A DNA stretch of 26,641 bases from Utricularia gibba (GCA_002189035.1 NEEC01000225.1:1-26641), one strand, 5' to 3'. Counted from the stretch's first letter, positions 14,240 to 24,812 are shown. The notes: generated from the sequence alone by a model not told the origin. Numbers and translations are program-made.

Positions 14240-17230
14240 TTGAGGAGGCGGTCTTGGGGTGCACCTGAACGGGACAAAGGTCAGGTTTGGCTTGCGCCGA
14301 GAGTTAGTTGTAGCTCGGAAAATAAAGTGATGTATTTATTAACGTTCAGTTTTTGGGGGCTACCTACATGGTTTTTCAAGGAACAGCTTCTCGTTTTGTG
14401 GCGGCCAGTCTCGCTGGGAACTTGGTCCTTGACCCCGATTCTGTATGGCTCATGAGGTCAACCGGATGGAAATCGATTAAAGAAATGATGCCTTTCTTTA
14501 AATTACGATATCACGTGCACCCCACATGATTTTTTCAACAACTTGCTTTATACTTGTGGAGGCGGTCTTGGGGTGCACCTGGAACGGGACAAAGGTCAGG
14601 TTTGGCTTGCGCCAGAGTTAGTTGTAACACGGAAATAAAGTGATGTATTTATTAACGTTCAGTTTTTGGGGGCTGCCTACATGGTTTTTCAAGAAACAGC
14701 TTCTCGTTTTGTGGCGGCCAGTCTCGCTGGGAACTTGGTCCTGGACCCCGATTCTGTATGGCTCATGAGGTCAACCGGATGGAAATCGATTAAAAAATGA
14801 TGCCTTTCTTTAAATTACGATATCACGTGCACCCCACATGATTTTTTCAACAACTTGCTTTATACTTGTGGAGGCGGTCTTGGGGTGCACCTGGAACGGG
14901 ACAAAGGTCAGGTTTGGCTTGCGCCGAGAGTTAGTTGTAACACGGCAAATAAAGTGATGTATTTATTAACGTTCAGTTTTTGGGGCTGCCTACATGGTTT
15001 TTCAAGGAACAGCTTCTCGTTTTGTGGCGGCCAGTCTCGCTGGGAACTTGGTCCTTGACCCCGATTCTGTATGCTCATGAGGTCAACCGGATGCAAATCG
15101 ATTAAAGAAAATGATGCCTTTGTTTAAAATTACGATATCACGTGCACCCCACATGATTTTTTCAACAACTTACTTTATACTTGAGGGCGGTCTTGGGGTG
15201 CACCTAGAACGGGACAAAGGTCAGGTTTGGCTTGCGCCGAGAGTTAGTTGTAGCTCGGAAAATAAAGTGATGTATTTATTAACGTTCAGTTTTGGGGGCT
15301 GCCTACATGGTTTTTCAAGGAACAGCTTCTCGTTTTGTGGCGGCCAGTCTCGCTGGGAACTTGGTCCTTGACCCCGATTATGTATGGCTCATGAGGTCAA
15401 CCGGATGGAAATCGATTAAAGAAAATGATGCCTTTGTTTAAATTACGATATCACGTGCACCCACATGATTTTTTCAACAACTTACTTTATACTTGAGGAG
15501 GCGGTCTTGGGGTGCACCTGGAACGGGACAAAGGTCAGGTTTGGCTTGCGCCGAGAGTTAGTTGTAGCTCGGAAAATAAAGTGATGTATTTATTAACGTT
15601 CAGTTTTTGGGGGCTACCTACATGGTTTTTCAAGGAAGCTTCTCGTTTTGTGGCGGCCAGTCTCGCTGGGAACTTGGTCCTTGACCCCGATTCTGTATGG
15701 CTCATGAGGTCAACCGGATGGAAATCGATTAAAGAAAATGATGCCTTTCTTTAAATTACGATATCACGTGCACCCCACATGATTTTTTCAACAACTTGCT
15801 TTATACTTGTGGAGGCGGTCTTGGGGTGCACCTGGAACGGGACAAAGGTCAGGTTTGGCTTGCGCCGAGAGTTAGTTGTAACACGGAAAATAAAGTGATG
15901 TATTTATTAACGTTCAGTTTTTGGGGGCTGCCTACATGGTTTTTCAAGAAACAGCTTCTCGTTTTGTGGCGCCAGTCTCGCTGGGAACTTGGTCCTGGAC
16001 CCCGATTCTGTATGGCTCATGAGGTCAACCGGATGGAAATCGATTAAAGAAAATGATGCCTTTCTTTAAATTACGATATCACGTGCACCCCACATGATTT
16101 TTTCAACAACTTGCTTTATACTTGTGGAGGCGGTCTTGGGGTGCACCTGAACGGGACAAAGGTCAGGTTTGGCTTGCGCCGAGAGTTAGTTGTAACACGG
16201 CAAATAAAGTGATGTATTTATTAACGTTCAGTTTTCGGGAGCTGCCTACATGGTTTTTCAAGGAACCGCTTCTCTCGTTTTGTGGCGGCCAATCTCGCTG
16301 GGAACTTGGTCCTTGACCCCGATTCTGTATCGCTCATGAGGTCAACCGGATGCAAATCGATTAAAGAAAATGTTGCCTTTGTTTAAATTACGATATCACG
16401 TGCACCCACATGATTTTTTCAACAACTTACTTTATACTTGAGGAGGCGGTCTTGGGGTGCACCTAGAACGGGACAAAGGTCAGGTTTGGCTTGCGTTGAG
16501 ATTTAGTTGTAGCTCGGAAAATAAAGTGATGTATTTATTAACGTTCAGTTTTGGGGGCTGCCTACATGGTTTTTCAAGGAACAGCTTCTCGTTTTGTGGC
16601 GGCCAGTCTCGCTGGGAACTTGGTCCTTGACCCCGATTATGTATTGCTCATGAGGTCAACCGGATGCAAATCGATTAAAAAAAATGATGCCTTTGTTTAA
16701 ATTACGATATCACGTGCACCCCACATGATTTTTTCAACAACTTGCTTTATACTTGAGGAGGCGGTCTTGGGGTGCACCTAGAACGGGACAAAGGTCAGGT
16801 TTGGCTTGCGCCGAGAGTTAGATGTAGCTCGGAAAATAAAGTGATTTATTTATTAACGTTCAGTTTTTGGGGGCTACCTACATGGTTTTTCAAGGTAACA
16901 GCTTCTCGTTTTGTGGCGGCCAGTCTCGCTGGACTTGGTCGACCCCGATTCTGTATGCTCATGAGGTCAACCGGATGGAAATCGATTAAAGTAATGATGC
17001 CTTTCTTAAATTACGATATCACGTGCACCCCACATGATTTTTTCAACAACTTGCTTTATACTTGTGGAGGCGGTCTTGGGGTGCACCTGGAACGGGACAA
17101 AGGTCAGGTTTGGCTTGCGCCTAGAGTTAGTTGTAACACGGAAAATAAAGTGATGTATTTATTAACGTTCAGTTTTGGGGCTACCTACATGGTTTTTCAA
17201 GAAACAGCTTCTCGTTTTGTGGCGGCCAGT
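14240..17230. repeat. 4-monomer higher-order repeat (~1255-bp period), about 2.4 copies
   Basis: Private variants recur at fixed spacing: GGGCTACC at ~14361/15615/16875; AAGAAACAGC at 14691/15946/17199; CTGGACCCC at 14741/15995; GTAACACGGC at 14937/16192. Confidence 0.85.
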
Positions 17231-19349
17231 CTCGCTGGGAACTTGGTCCTTGACCCGATTATGTATTGCTCATGAGGTCAACCGGATGCAAATTGATTAA
17301 AAAAAATGATGCCTTTGTTTAAATTACGATATCACGTGCACCCCACATGATTTTTTCAACAACTTACTTTATACTTGAGGAGGCGGTCTTGGGGTGCACC
17401 TAGAACGGGACAAAGGTCAGGTTTGGCTTGCGCCGAGAGTTAGTTGTAGCCCGGCAAAGAATGTGATGTATTTCTTAACGTTCGGTTTTCGGGGGCTGCC
17501 TACATGGTTTTTCAAGGTACAGCTTCTCGTTTTGTGGCGGCCAGTCTCACTAGGAACTTGGTACGGGCCCCCGATTCTTTATGGCTCATGAGGTCAACCG
17601 ATGCAAATTGATTAAAAAAAATGATGCCGTTGTTTAAATTACGATATCACGTGCACCCCAATGATTTTTTCGACAACTTACTTTATACTTGAGGAGGCGG
17701 TCTTGGGGTGCACCTAGAACGGGACAAAGGTCAGGTTTGGCTTGCGCCGAGAGTTAGTTGTAGCTCGGAAAATAAGTGATATATTTATTAACGTTCAGTT
17801 TTTGGGGGCTGCCTACATGGTTTTTCAAGGAACAGCTTCTCGTTTTGTGGCGGCGAGTCTCGCTGGGAACTTGGTCCTTGACCCCGATTATGTATGGCTC
17901 GTGAGGTCAACCGGATGGAAATCGATTAAGGAAAATGATGCCTTTGTTTAAATTACGATATCACGTGCACCCTACATGATTTTTTCAACAACTTACTTTA
18001 TACTTGAGGAGGCGGTCTTGGGGTGCACCTTGAACGGGACAAAGGTCAGGTTTGGCTTGCGCCGAGAGTTAGTTGTAGCTCGGAAAATAAAGTGATATAT
18101 TTATTAACGTTCAGTTTTGGGGGCTGCCTACATGGTTTTTCAAGGAACAGCTTCTCGTTTTTTGTGGCGGCGAGTCTCGCTGGGAACTTGGTCCTTGACC
18201 CCGATTATGTATGGCTCGTGAGGTCAACCGGATGGAAATCGATTAAGGAAATGATGCCTTTGTTTAAATTACGATATCACGTGCACCCTACATGATTTTT
18301 TCAACAACTTACTTTATACTTGAGGAGGCGGTCTTGGGGTGCACCTGGAACGGGACAAAGGTCAGGTTTGGCTTGCGCCGAGAGTTAGTTGTAGCTCGGC
18401 AAATAAAGTGATGTATTTATTAACGTTCAGTTTTTGGGGGCTGCCTACATGGTTTTTCAAGGAACAGCTTCTCGTTTTGTGGCGGCCAGTCTCGCTAGGA
18501 ACTTGGTCCTTGACCCCGATTCTGTATGGCTCATGAGGTCAACCGGATGGAAATCGATTAAAGAAAATGATGCCTTTCTTTAAATTACGATATCACGTGC
18601 ACCCCACATGATTTTTTCAACAACTTGCTTTATACTTGTGGAGGCGGTCTTGGGGTGCACCTGGAACGGGACAAAGGTCAGGTTTGGCTTGCGCAGAGAG
18701 TTAGTTGTAACACGGCAAATAATGTGATGTATTTATTAACGTTCAGTTTTCGGGGGCTGCCTACATGGTTTTTCAAGGAACAGCTTCTCGTTTTGTGGCG
18801 GCCAGTCTCGCTGGGAACTTGGTCCTTGACCGCGATTATGTATGGCTCATGAGGTCAACCGGATGCAAATTGATTAAAAAAATGATGCCTTTGTTTAAAT
18901 TACGATATCACGTGCACCCCACATGATTTTTTCAACAACTTACTTTATACTTGAGAAGGCGTCTTTGGGTGCACTTGGAACGGAAAAGATCAGCTTAGGC
19001 CTTGGCCCAAAGTAAGTTGTAGACCGGCAAAGAAAGTGATGTATTTATTAACGTTCGGTTTTCGGTTTTGCCTACATGGTTTTTCAAGGAACAGCTTCTC
19101 GTTTTGTGGCGGCCAGTCTCGCTTGGAACTTGGTCCTTCACCCCGATTCTGTATGGCTCATGAGGTCAACCGGATGCAAATCGATTAAAAAAACTGATGC
19201 CTTTGTTTAAATTACGATATCACATGCACCCCACATGATTTTTTAAACAACTTGCTTTATACTTGTGGAGGCGGTCTTGGGGTGCACCTGGAACGGGACA
19301 AGGTCAGGGTCAGCTTGGGCCGAGAGTTAGTTGTAGCCCGGCAAATAAA

Positions 19350-20126
19350 ATGTTGGTCCGGGCCCCCGATTCTTTATGACTCATGAGGACAAAGGATGCA
19401 AATCGATGAATACAATGATGCATTTGTTTAAATGACGATATCACGTGCACCCTACATGATTTTTTTCAACAACTTACTTTATACTTGAGGAGGTGGTCTT
19501 GGGGGGCAAGGGGAACCGGAAAAAGGTCAGCTTAGGCTTGGGCCGAAAGTAAGTTGTAGCCCGGCAAATAAAGTGATGTATTTCTTAACGTTTGGTTTTC
19601 GGGGTTGCCTACATGGTTTTTCAAGGTACAGCTTCTTGTTTTGTGGCGGCCAGTCTCACTAGGAACTTGGTCCGGGCCCCCGATTCTTTATGGCTCATGA
19701 GTACAAAGGATGCAAATCGATGAATACAATGATGCATTTGTTTAAATTACGATATCACGTGCATCCTACATGATTTTTTCAACAACTTACTTTATACTTG
19801 AGGAGGTGCTCTTCGGGGGCAAGAGGAACCGGAAAGAGGTCAGCTTAGGCTTGGGCTGAAAGTAAGTGTTATCCCGGCAAAGAAAGTGATGTATTTATTA
19901 ACGTTCGGTTTTCAGGGTTGCCTTTATGGTTTTACAAGGTACAACTTCCCGTTTTGTGGCGGCCAGTCTCACTAGGAACTTGGTCCGGGCCCCCGATTCT
20001 TTATGCCTCATGAGGACAAAGGATGCAAATCGATGAATACAATGATGCATTTGTTTAAATTACGATATCACGTGCACCCTACATGATTTTTTCAACAACT
20101 TACTTTATACTTGAGGAGGTGGTCTT
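19350..20126. repeat. Divergent satellite subfamily ('edge' type), about 2.5 monomers
   Basis: Shared diagnostic changes versus the bulk monomer: GGGGGCAAG(G/A)GGAACCGGAAA, CAGCTTAGGCTTGGGC, GTAAG, CCCGGCAAA, AAGGTAC, CTCACTAGG, GGTCCGGGCCCC, TTCTTTATG, ACAAAGGATG, GATGAATACAATGATGCAT. Confidence 0.9.
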
Positions 20127-20395
20127 CGATGTGTCCCTCTAATCTATAGAGATTAGCAACCCACAAAAAGAGGTGATTTTGAAGCTTAGAAGAGAACCCA
20201 CCGAAGTCTACCCTCAAGAGAATAAATCTCTTGCAACCAGACTTCGAAACAAAGAAAATTAGGAGCCACACTTCAGAAAAGAGAGATTGATTGGAAGTGA
20301 TAATCCTAGAACGCCACAAGCTCAAAGCTTGATAAGTTAAGAGTGTTCAAGCACTCAAAGGAGAGGGGAATCCTCACAAGATACATAAAATGACC

Positions 20396-21008
20396 AAAGA
20401 TGATGAGCCCCAGGAAGATAATGAAGTGTATTTGAAGAATGATGAGGAGTTTGTTCAAGTGAACAAATTAGAAAGAAAGATGTTTCCACCAGGACCAATG
20501 ACTAGGAGCAAGACAAAGATGGTTGAAGATACACTTAAGGGTCTACTCAATACCATTGGAATCAAAGATGGGCTTGAAGACATCCCATCAAAAGAGGTCA
20601 ACTACTTGAAGATGGACTTAACTTAGAGCATTGGGCTTGTTAGACTTTTCTATTTCATTTAGTTTGGACTATGTAATGTTAGAGCTCAATTCTAGAGTAT
20701 ATTTACTCTAGAGATGTACTAATTCAGGATCTTTGGTCATTTTATGTATCTTGTGAGATTCCTCTCTCCTTTGAGTGCTTGAACACTCTTAACTTATCAA
20801 GCTTTGAGCTTGTGGCGTTCTAGGATTATCACTTCCAATCAATCTCTCTTTTCTGAAGTGTGGCTCCTAATTTTCTTTGTTTCGAAGTCTGGTTGCAAGA
20901 GATTTATTCTCTTGAGGGTAGACTTCGGTGGGTTCTCTTCTAAGCTTCAAAATCACCTCTTTTTTGTGGGTTGCTAATCTCTATAGATTAGAGGGTCACA
21001 TCAAAAGA
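20396..21008. repeat. 5-bp target-site duplication AAAGA (20396-20400 and 21004-21008) around the solo LTR
   Basis: The uninterrupted site reads ATGACCAAAGATCCTG (reverse complement of 20725-20740 in the solo LTR). Here it appears as ATGACCAAAGA|LTR|AAAGATCCTG. Confidence 0.93.
20401..21003 (+). mobile_element. Solo LTR (603 bp) of the same CRM family, inverted relative to the host element
   Basis: Termini TGATG (20401) and CATCA (21003). Flanked by AAAGA at 20396-20400 and 21004-21008. By hand alignment it differs from the host LTR by ~7 substitutions and 4 single-base indels. Confidence 0.95.
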
Positions 21009-21032
21009 TCCTGAATTAGTACATCTCTAGAG

Positions 21033-21040
21033 TATTTATA
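21033..21040 (-). promoter_or_regulatory. Putative LTR TATA box (TATAAATA)
   Basis: TATAAATA on the element strand, ~295 bp into the LTR, centred in the inverted repeat TCTAGAGTAT-AA-ATACTCTAGA (21026-21047). Function is inferred. Confidence 0.6.
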
Positions 21041-21110
21041 CTCTAGAATTGGGCTCTAACATTACATAGTCCAAACTAAATGAAATAGAAAAGTCTAACA
21101 AGCCAATGCT

Positions 21111-22697
21111 CTAAGTTAAGTCCATCTTCAAGTAGTTGACCTCTTTTGATGGGATGTCTTCAAGCCCATCTTTGATTCCAATGGTATTGAGTAGACCCTT
21201 AAGTGTATCTTCAACCATCTTTGTCTTGCTCTAGTCATTGGTCCTGGTGGAATCATCTTTCTTTCTAATTTGTTCACTTGAACAAACTCCTCATCATTCT
21301 TCAAATACACTTCATTATCTTCCTGGGGCTCATCATCCCCCCTTTCTTTACGAAGATTCGTCCCTGAATCTGTATCCATGTCGAAAAGAGACAAATCAGC
21401 AACATTGAAAGTTGAATGAACAGAATACTCACCTGGTAAATCTAGCTTGTACGCATTATCATTAACGCGCTCAACAACTTGGAAAGGGCCATCTCCACGA
21501 GGTAGAAGTTTGGACTTTCTCTTTGTGGGAAATCTCTCCTTCCTAAGATGAAGCCAAACCCAATCTCCAGGTTCAAATACAACTTTGCGTCTCCCCTTGT
21601 TTGCTGCTGATGCATACTTTGCATTGTTGCATTCAATCTGTTGTTTCACCTTTTCATGCAATCTTCTGATTGCATCAGCTCTCTTCTTGCCATCTAAACT
21701 AACTTTCTCATCACAAAAAACGTAACATATCCAAAGGTGTAAGAGGATTAAAACCATAAACGACTTCAAATGGAGATAATTTAGTAGTTAGATGCATGGT
21801 TCTATTGTAAGCAAACTCAACAAGTGGCAAACATTCCTCCCAAGTCTTAAGATTTGATTTAATCATAATCCTAAGTAAGGTAGAAAGTGTGCGATTAGTT
21901 ACCTCAGTTTGCCCATCGGTTTGAGGGTGACATATTGTTGAGTATAACAGCTTAGTGCTAAGTTTACTCCAAAGAACTCTCCAAAAGTGACTAAGAAACC
22001 TTGCATCTCGATCAGAGACAATAGTTAGGGGCATACCATGAAGTCTAACAACTTCCCTAAAGAAGAGATCAGCCACATGAGATGCATCATCAGTTTTATG
22101 GCAGGGAATAAAGTGTGCCATCTTTGAAAACCTGTCCACAACAACGAAAATTGAATCTCTACCCTTTGGGTACGAGGTAAGCCTAAAACAAAGTCCATAG
22201 AAATGTCCACCCATGGTTGGGAAGGAGTAGGGAGTGGAGTATACAAACCATTAGGGGCAGTGGTTGATTTAGCCTTCCTACAAGAGATACATCTAGAACA
22301 AATTCTTTCAACATCCCTTCTCATGTGGCCAAAAGAAATGTTGGGTGAGAGTATCAAGAGTCTTTTTAACACCAAAATGTCCCATTAGTCCCCCACCATG
22401 AGCTTCTCTAACAATCAAATCACGTATGGAGCAAGAAGGAATGCACAGCCTATCTTTCCTATAAAGAAAACCATCTTTCCTGAAGAATAGCCCAGATGTA
22501 GCAAGTTCACATGCCTTATAAATATCCCCAAAATCGTGATCATGAACATATAAGTCAATGATGGAAGCAAATCCAAGAATTCTTGCATCAAGATTGGCTA
22601 AGAGAGTGTACCTTCGAGATAAAGCATCAGCAACCACATTCTCCTTACCTTTCTTGTATTTGATCACATATGGGAATGTGTCAATGAATTCCACCAC
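21111..22697 (-). CDS. pol: Integrase (HHCC zinc domain, DDE core, GPF motif, CR-type C-terminus), in several frameshifted fragments
   Basis: [11 protein letters not shown]...CSRCISC; SMDFVLGLP; IVSDRDARF; [13 protein letters not shown]; [12 protein letters not shown]; C-terminal GPMTR motif encoded inside the LTR. Confidence 0.92.
21336..21349 (-). other. Polypurine tract (PPT)
   Basis: AAAGAAAGGGGGGA on the minus strand, immediately upstream of the LTR start TGATG. Confidence 0.9.
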
Positions 22698-23060
22698 TTA
22701 GCATGTCTTCTATTCAGCTTTACTTGAGCCTTCAAATGTTTGAGAGACTCATGATCAGTGTGTATCACGAACTCCTTAGGCCATAAGTAGTGCTGCCATG
22801 TCTCCAAAGCTCTAACCAACGCATACAACTCTTTGTCATATGTTGGATAGTTGAGGGTGGCACCATGAAGCTTCTCACTAAAATAAGCAAGTGGACGTCC
22901 CTTTTGCATCAACACAGTACCAATCCCTAAACCTGATGCATCACATTCAATTTCAAAAGTATCAGAAAAATTTGGAAGTGCTAGGAGAGGTGTTGAGCAA
23001 AGCTTATTCTTGAGTTGTTTGAAAGCATGTTCCTGCTCATCTCCCCAATGAAATGCATGA
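22664..23060 (-). CDS. pol: RNase H (ORF 22664-22915 plus upstream in-frame [18 protein letters not shown])
   Basis: ECDASG...AYFSEKL...[12 protein letters not shown]...[13 protein letters not shown]. Confidence 0.9.
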
Positions 23061-24093
23061 TTTTCTTGATCAACTGGGTGAGGGGTGCTGCTATAGAACT
23101 GAAGTCCCTAACAAACCGTCTATAGAAACTTGCTAAACCATGAAAACTCCTAACTTCACCCACTGATGTAGGTGTTGGCCATTCTTTGATTGCTCTTACT
23201 TTCTCTTCATCCACAGCTACTCCTGCATTACTTACAACATATCCAAGAAAAGAGACACTATTTGTGCAAAAGACACACTTTTTGATATTAGCAAACAACT
23301 TCTCTTTTCTAAGAGTATCTAACACATCTTTCAAATGCCCTATATGTTCCTCAATACTTTTACTATAGATCAGAATATCATCAAAATAAACAACAACAAA
23401 TCTACCTATAAAAGGCCTAAGAACGTGATTCATCAATCTCATAAAGGTGCTAGGAGCATTGGTTAACCCAAAAGGCATAACAACCCACTTATACAAACCA
23501 AACTTAGTTTTAAAAGCAGTTTTCCACTCATCACCTTCCTTCATTCTAATCTGATGATATCCACTTCTCAAATCAATCTTACTAAAAACACAAGCACCAT
23601 GCAATTCATCAAGCATATCTTCAAGTCTAGGGATAGGATGTCTATACTTGATTGTGATGTTGTTGATGGCGCGACAATCAGTGCACATCCGCCAAGTTCC
23701 ATCAGACTTTGGAACCAATAACACCGGCACCGAGCAAGGACTCATGCTCTCACGCACAAATCCTTTAGACACCAATTCCTCAACTTGTTTTTGTATTTCC
23801 TTCGTCTCCTCTGGATTGGCTCGGTATGCTGGTCGGTTTGGGAGTTGTGCTCTAGGGACAAGGTCAATTTGATGCTCAATCCCTCTAAGGGGAGGTAAGC
23901 CTTGAAGTTCTTCTGGAAAAACATCTTCATATACATGTAAGAGAGACACAACACAAGATGGAATGGATGAAGCATGGTTAGGTGAAGTATGAACTTCATC
24001 CTTATACATGAGTAGAATGAATGGTTGCCTAGCATAAAGTAAGTGTCTAATCTCACTTGGCCTTGCTAATAGACTCTCATTCTTTTCTCTCAA
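22981..24093 (-). CDS. pol: Reverse transcriptase fragment
   Basis: [62 protein letters not shown] (YFDD at 23377-23388). Confidence 0.95.
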   Translation of the reverse strand: MREKNESLLARPSEIRHLLYARQPFILLMYKDEVHTSPNHASSIPSCVVSLLHVYEDVFPEELQGLPPLRGIEHQIDLVPRAQLPNRPAYRANPEETKEIQKQVEELVSKGFVRESMSPCSVPVLLVPKSDGTWRMCTDCRAINNITIKYRHPIPRLEDMLDELHGACVFSKIDLRSGYHQIRMKEGDEWKTAFKTKFGLYKWVVMPFGLTNAPSTFMRLMNHVLRPFIGRFVVVYFDDILIYSKSIEEHIGHLKDVLDTLRKEKLFANIKKCVFCTNSVSFLGYVVSNAGVAVDEEKVRAIKEWPTPTSVGEVRSFHGLASFYRRFVRDFSSIAAPLTQLIKKIMHFIGEMSRNMLSNNSRISFAQHLS

Positions 24094-24105
24094 TTCCTAA
24101 AACTC

Positions 24106-24812
24106 TCATGTTTTCACTCTCTGTTTTGTGCTCATTTTCATCCTTTTTTCACTCAATTCCTTGCCATCTCTTCTTTTTTCTCCACTTTTTCGCATCTTTT
24201 TTTCACTCATTTTCACTTCACTCATCTCTTCTCCCTTACGAACGACCACCTTGTGCTTTCCATTATCAGTATGAAGGCCTCTAGCATCACTCAGAATTCT
24301 GACTTGATCTTCATGTGCCTCCTTTGGAGATAATGGAGCAAGTGTGATGGAGCGTCCATTATAATTGAAGGAATATTTGTTCTTGAAACCATCATGAAAT
24401 GCTCTTCTATCATATTCCCAAGGTCTCCCAAGAAGAATATGGCTTGCATGCATAGGAACAACATCACATAGGACTTCATCTTCATATCTCCCTATGGAAA
24501 ACGTCACAAGCACTTGTTTGGTAACCTTTACCTCAATTACTTCATTGAACCACTGCAGATTGTAAGGCTTAGGATGCCTCACGGTGGGTAGTCCCAATTT
24601 CTCACCAAGATGTTGCTAGCAACATTGGTGCAACTACCTCCATCAATAATCAGGCTGCAAACTTTCCTATTAACAAAGCATCGGGTTTGAAACAAGTTCT
24701 CCCTTTGCTCTTCATTATCCTTCACCCCAATGTTAAGCGTCCTTCGAGTGACTAATACTTCTCCAGAAACAGGCAATTCATCCTCATCACTCACTTCAGC
24801 TTCTGTCTCCAC
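24106..24812 (-). CDS. pol: Aspartic protease region and spacer (ORF fragments 24579-24812 and 24106-24597)
   Basis: CSLIIDGGSCTNVAS with catalytic DGG at 24636-24644, followed by YEDEVLCDVVPMHASHILLGRPW. Confidence 0.88.

Larger units (their letters stand above)
1..20126. repeat. Tandem satellite DNA array, ~316-bp monomer, head-to-tail, ~64 monomer equivalents (candidate centromeric satellite)
   Basis: The unit GAGAGTTAGTTGTAGCTCGG...GGGACAAAGGTCAGGTTTGGCTTGCGCC recurs throughout. The TGCACC landmark falls at 277, 591, 903, 1212, 1523, 1833, 2142, 2453, 2766 (309-314 bp apart, with homopolymer indels) and at 18340/18656 (316 bp). A hand-counted consensus is 316 bp. Confidence 0.98.
20127..21335 (-). 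repeat. 3' LTR of the CRM element (~600 bp), split into 21335-21004 and 20400-20127 by a nested solo LTR
   Basis: Begins TGATGAGCCCCAGG at 21335 right after the PPT and ends ...GAGGGACACATCG at 20127. Joining the two halves across one AAAGA copy reproduces the solo LTR sequence. Confidence 0.92.

Noticed and set aside
29-18852. Dozens of 60-170-aa ORFs in the ORF track within the array
   Set aside because: They are translations of the satellite monomer in shifting frames, many with non-ATG starts, no recognisable domain and no frame conservation between copies.
1-20126. CRISPR-like or 5S rDNA array
   Set aside because: There are no unique spacers, so not CRISPR. Short patches resemble plant 5S rRNA (GCTTGGGCCGAAAGTAAGT versus GCTTGGGCGAGAGTAGTA; GGATGC; CTGGGAA), but their spacing is not collinear with a 120-nt 5S gene. 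A cmsearch with Rfam RF00001 would settle it.
20580-20610. Satellite derived from the CRM LTR
   Set aside because: The only match I found is 9 bp (GAGGTCAAC), which is compatible with chance.
20127-21335. Simple inversion or read fold-back artefact as the cause of the inverted LTR structure
   Set aside because: An inversion would not duplicate a full LTR. The middle copy has both intact termini, a 5-bp TSD and its own substitutions.
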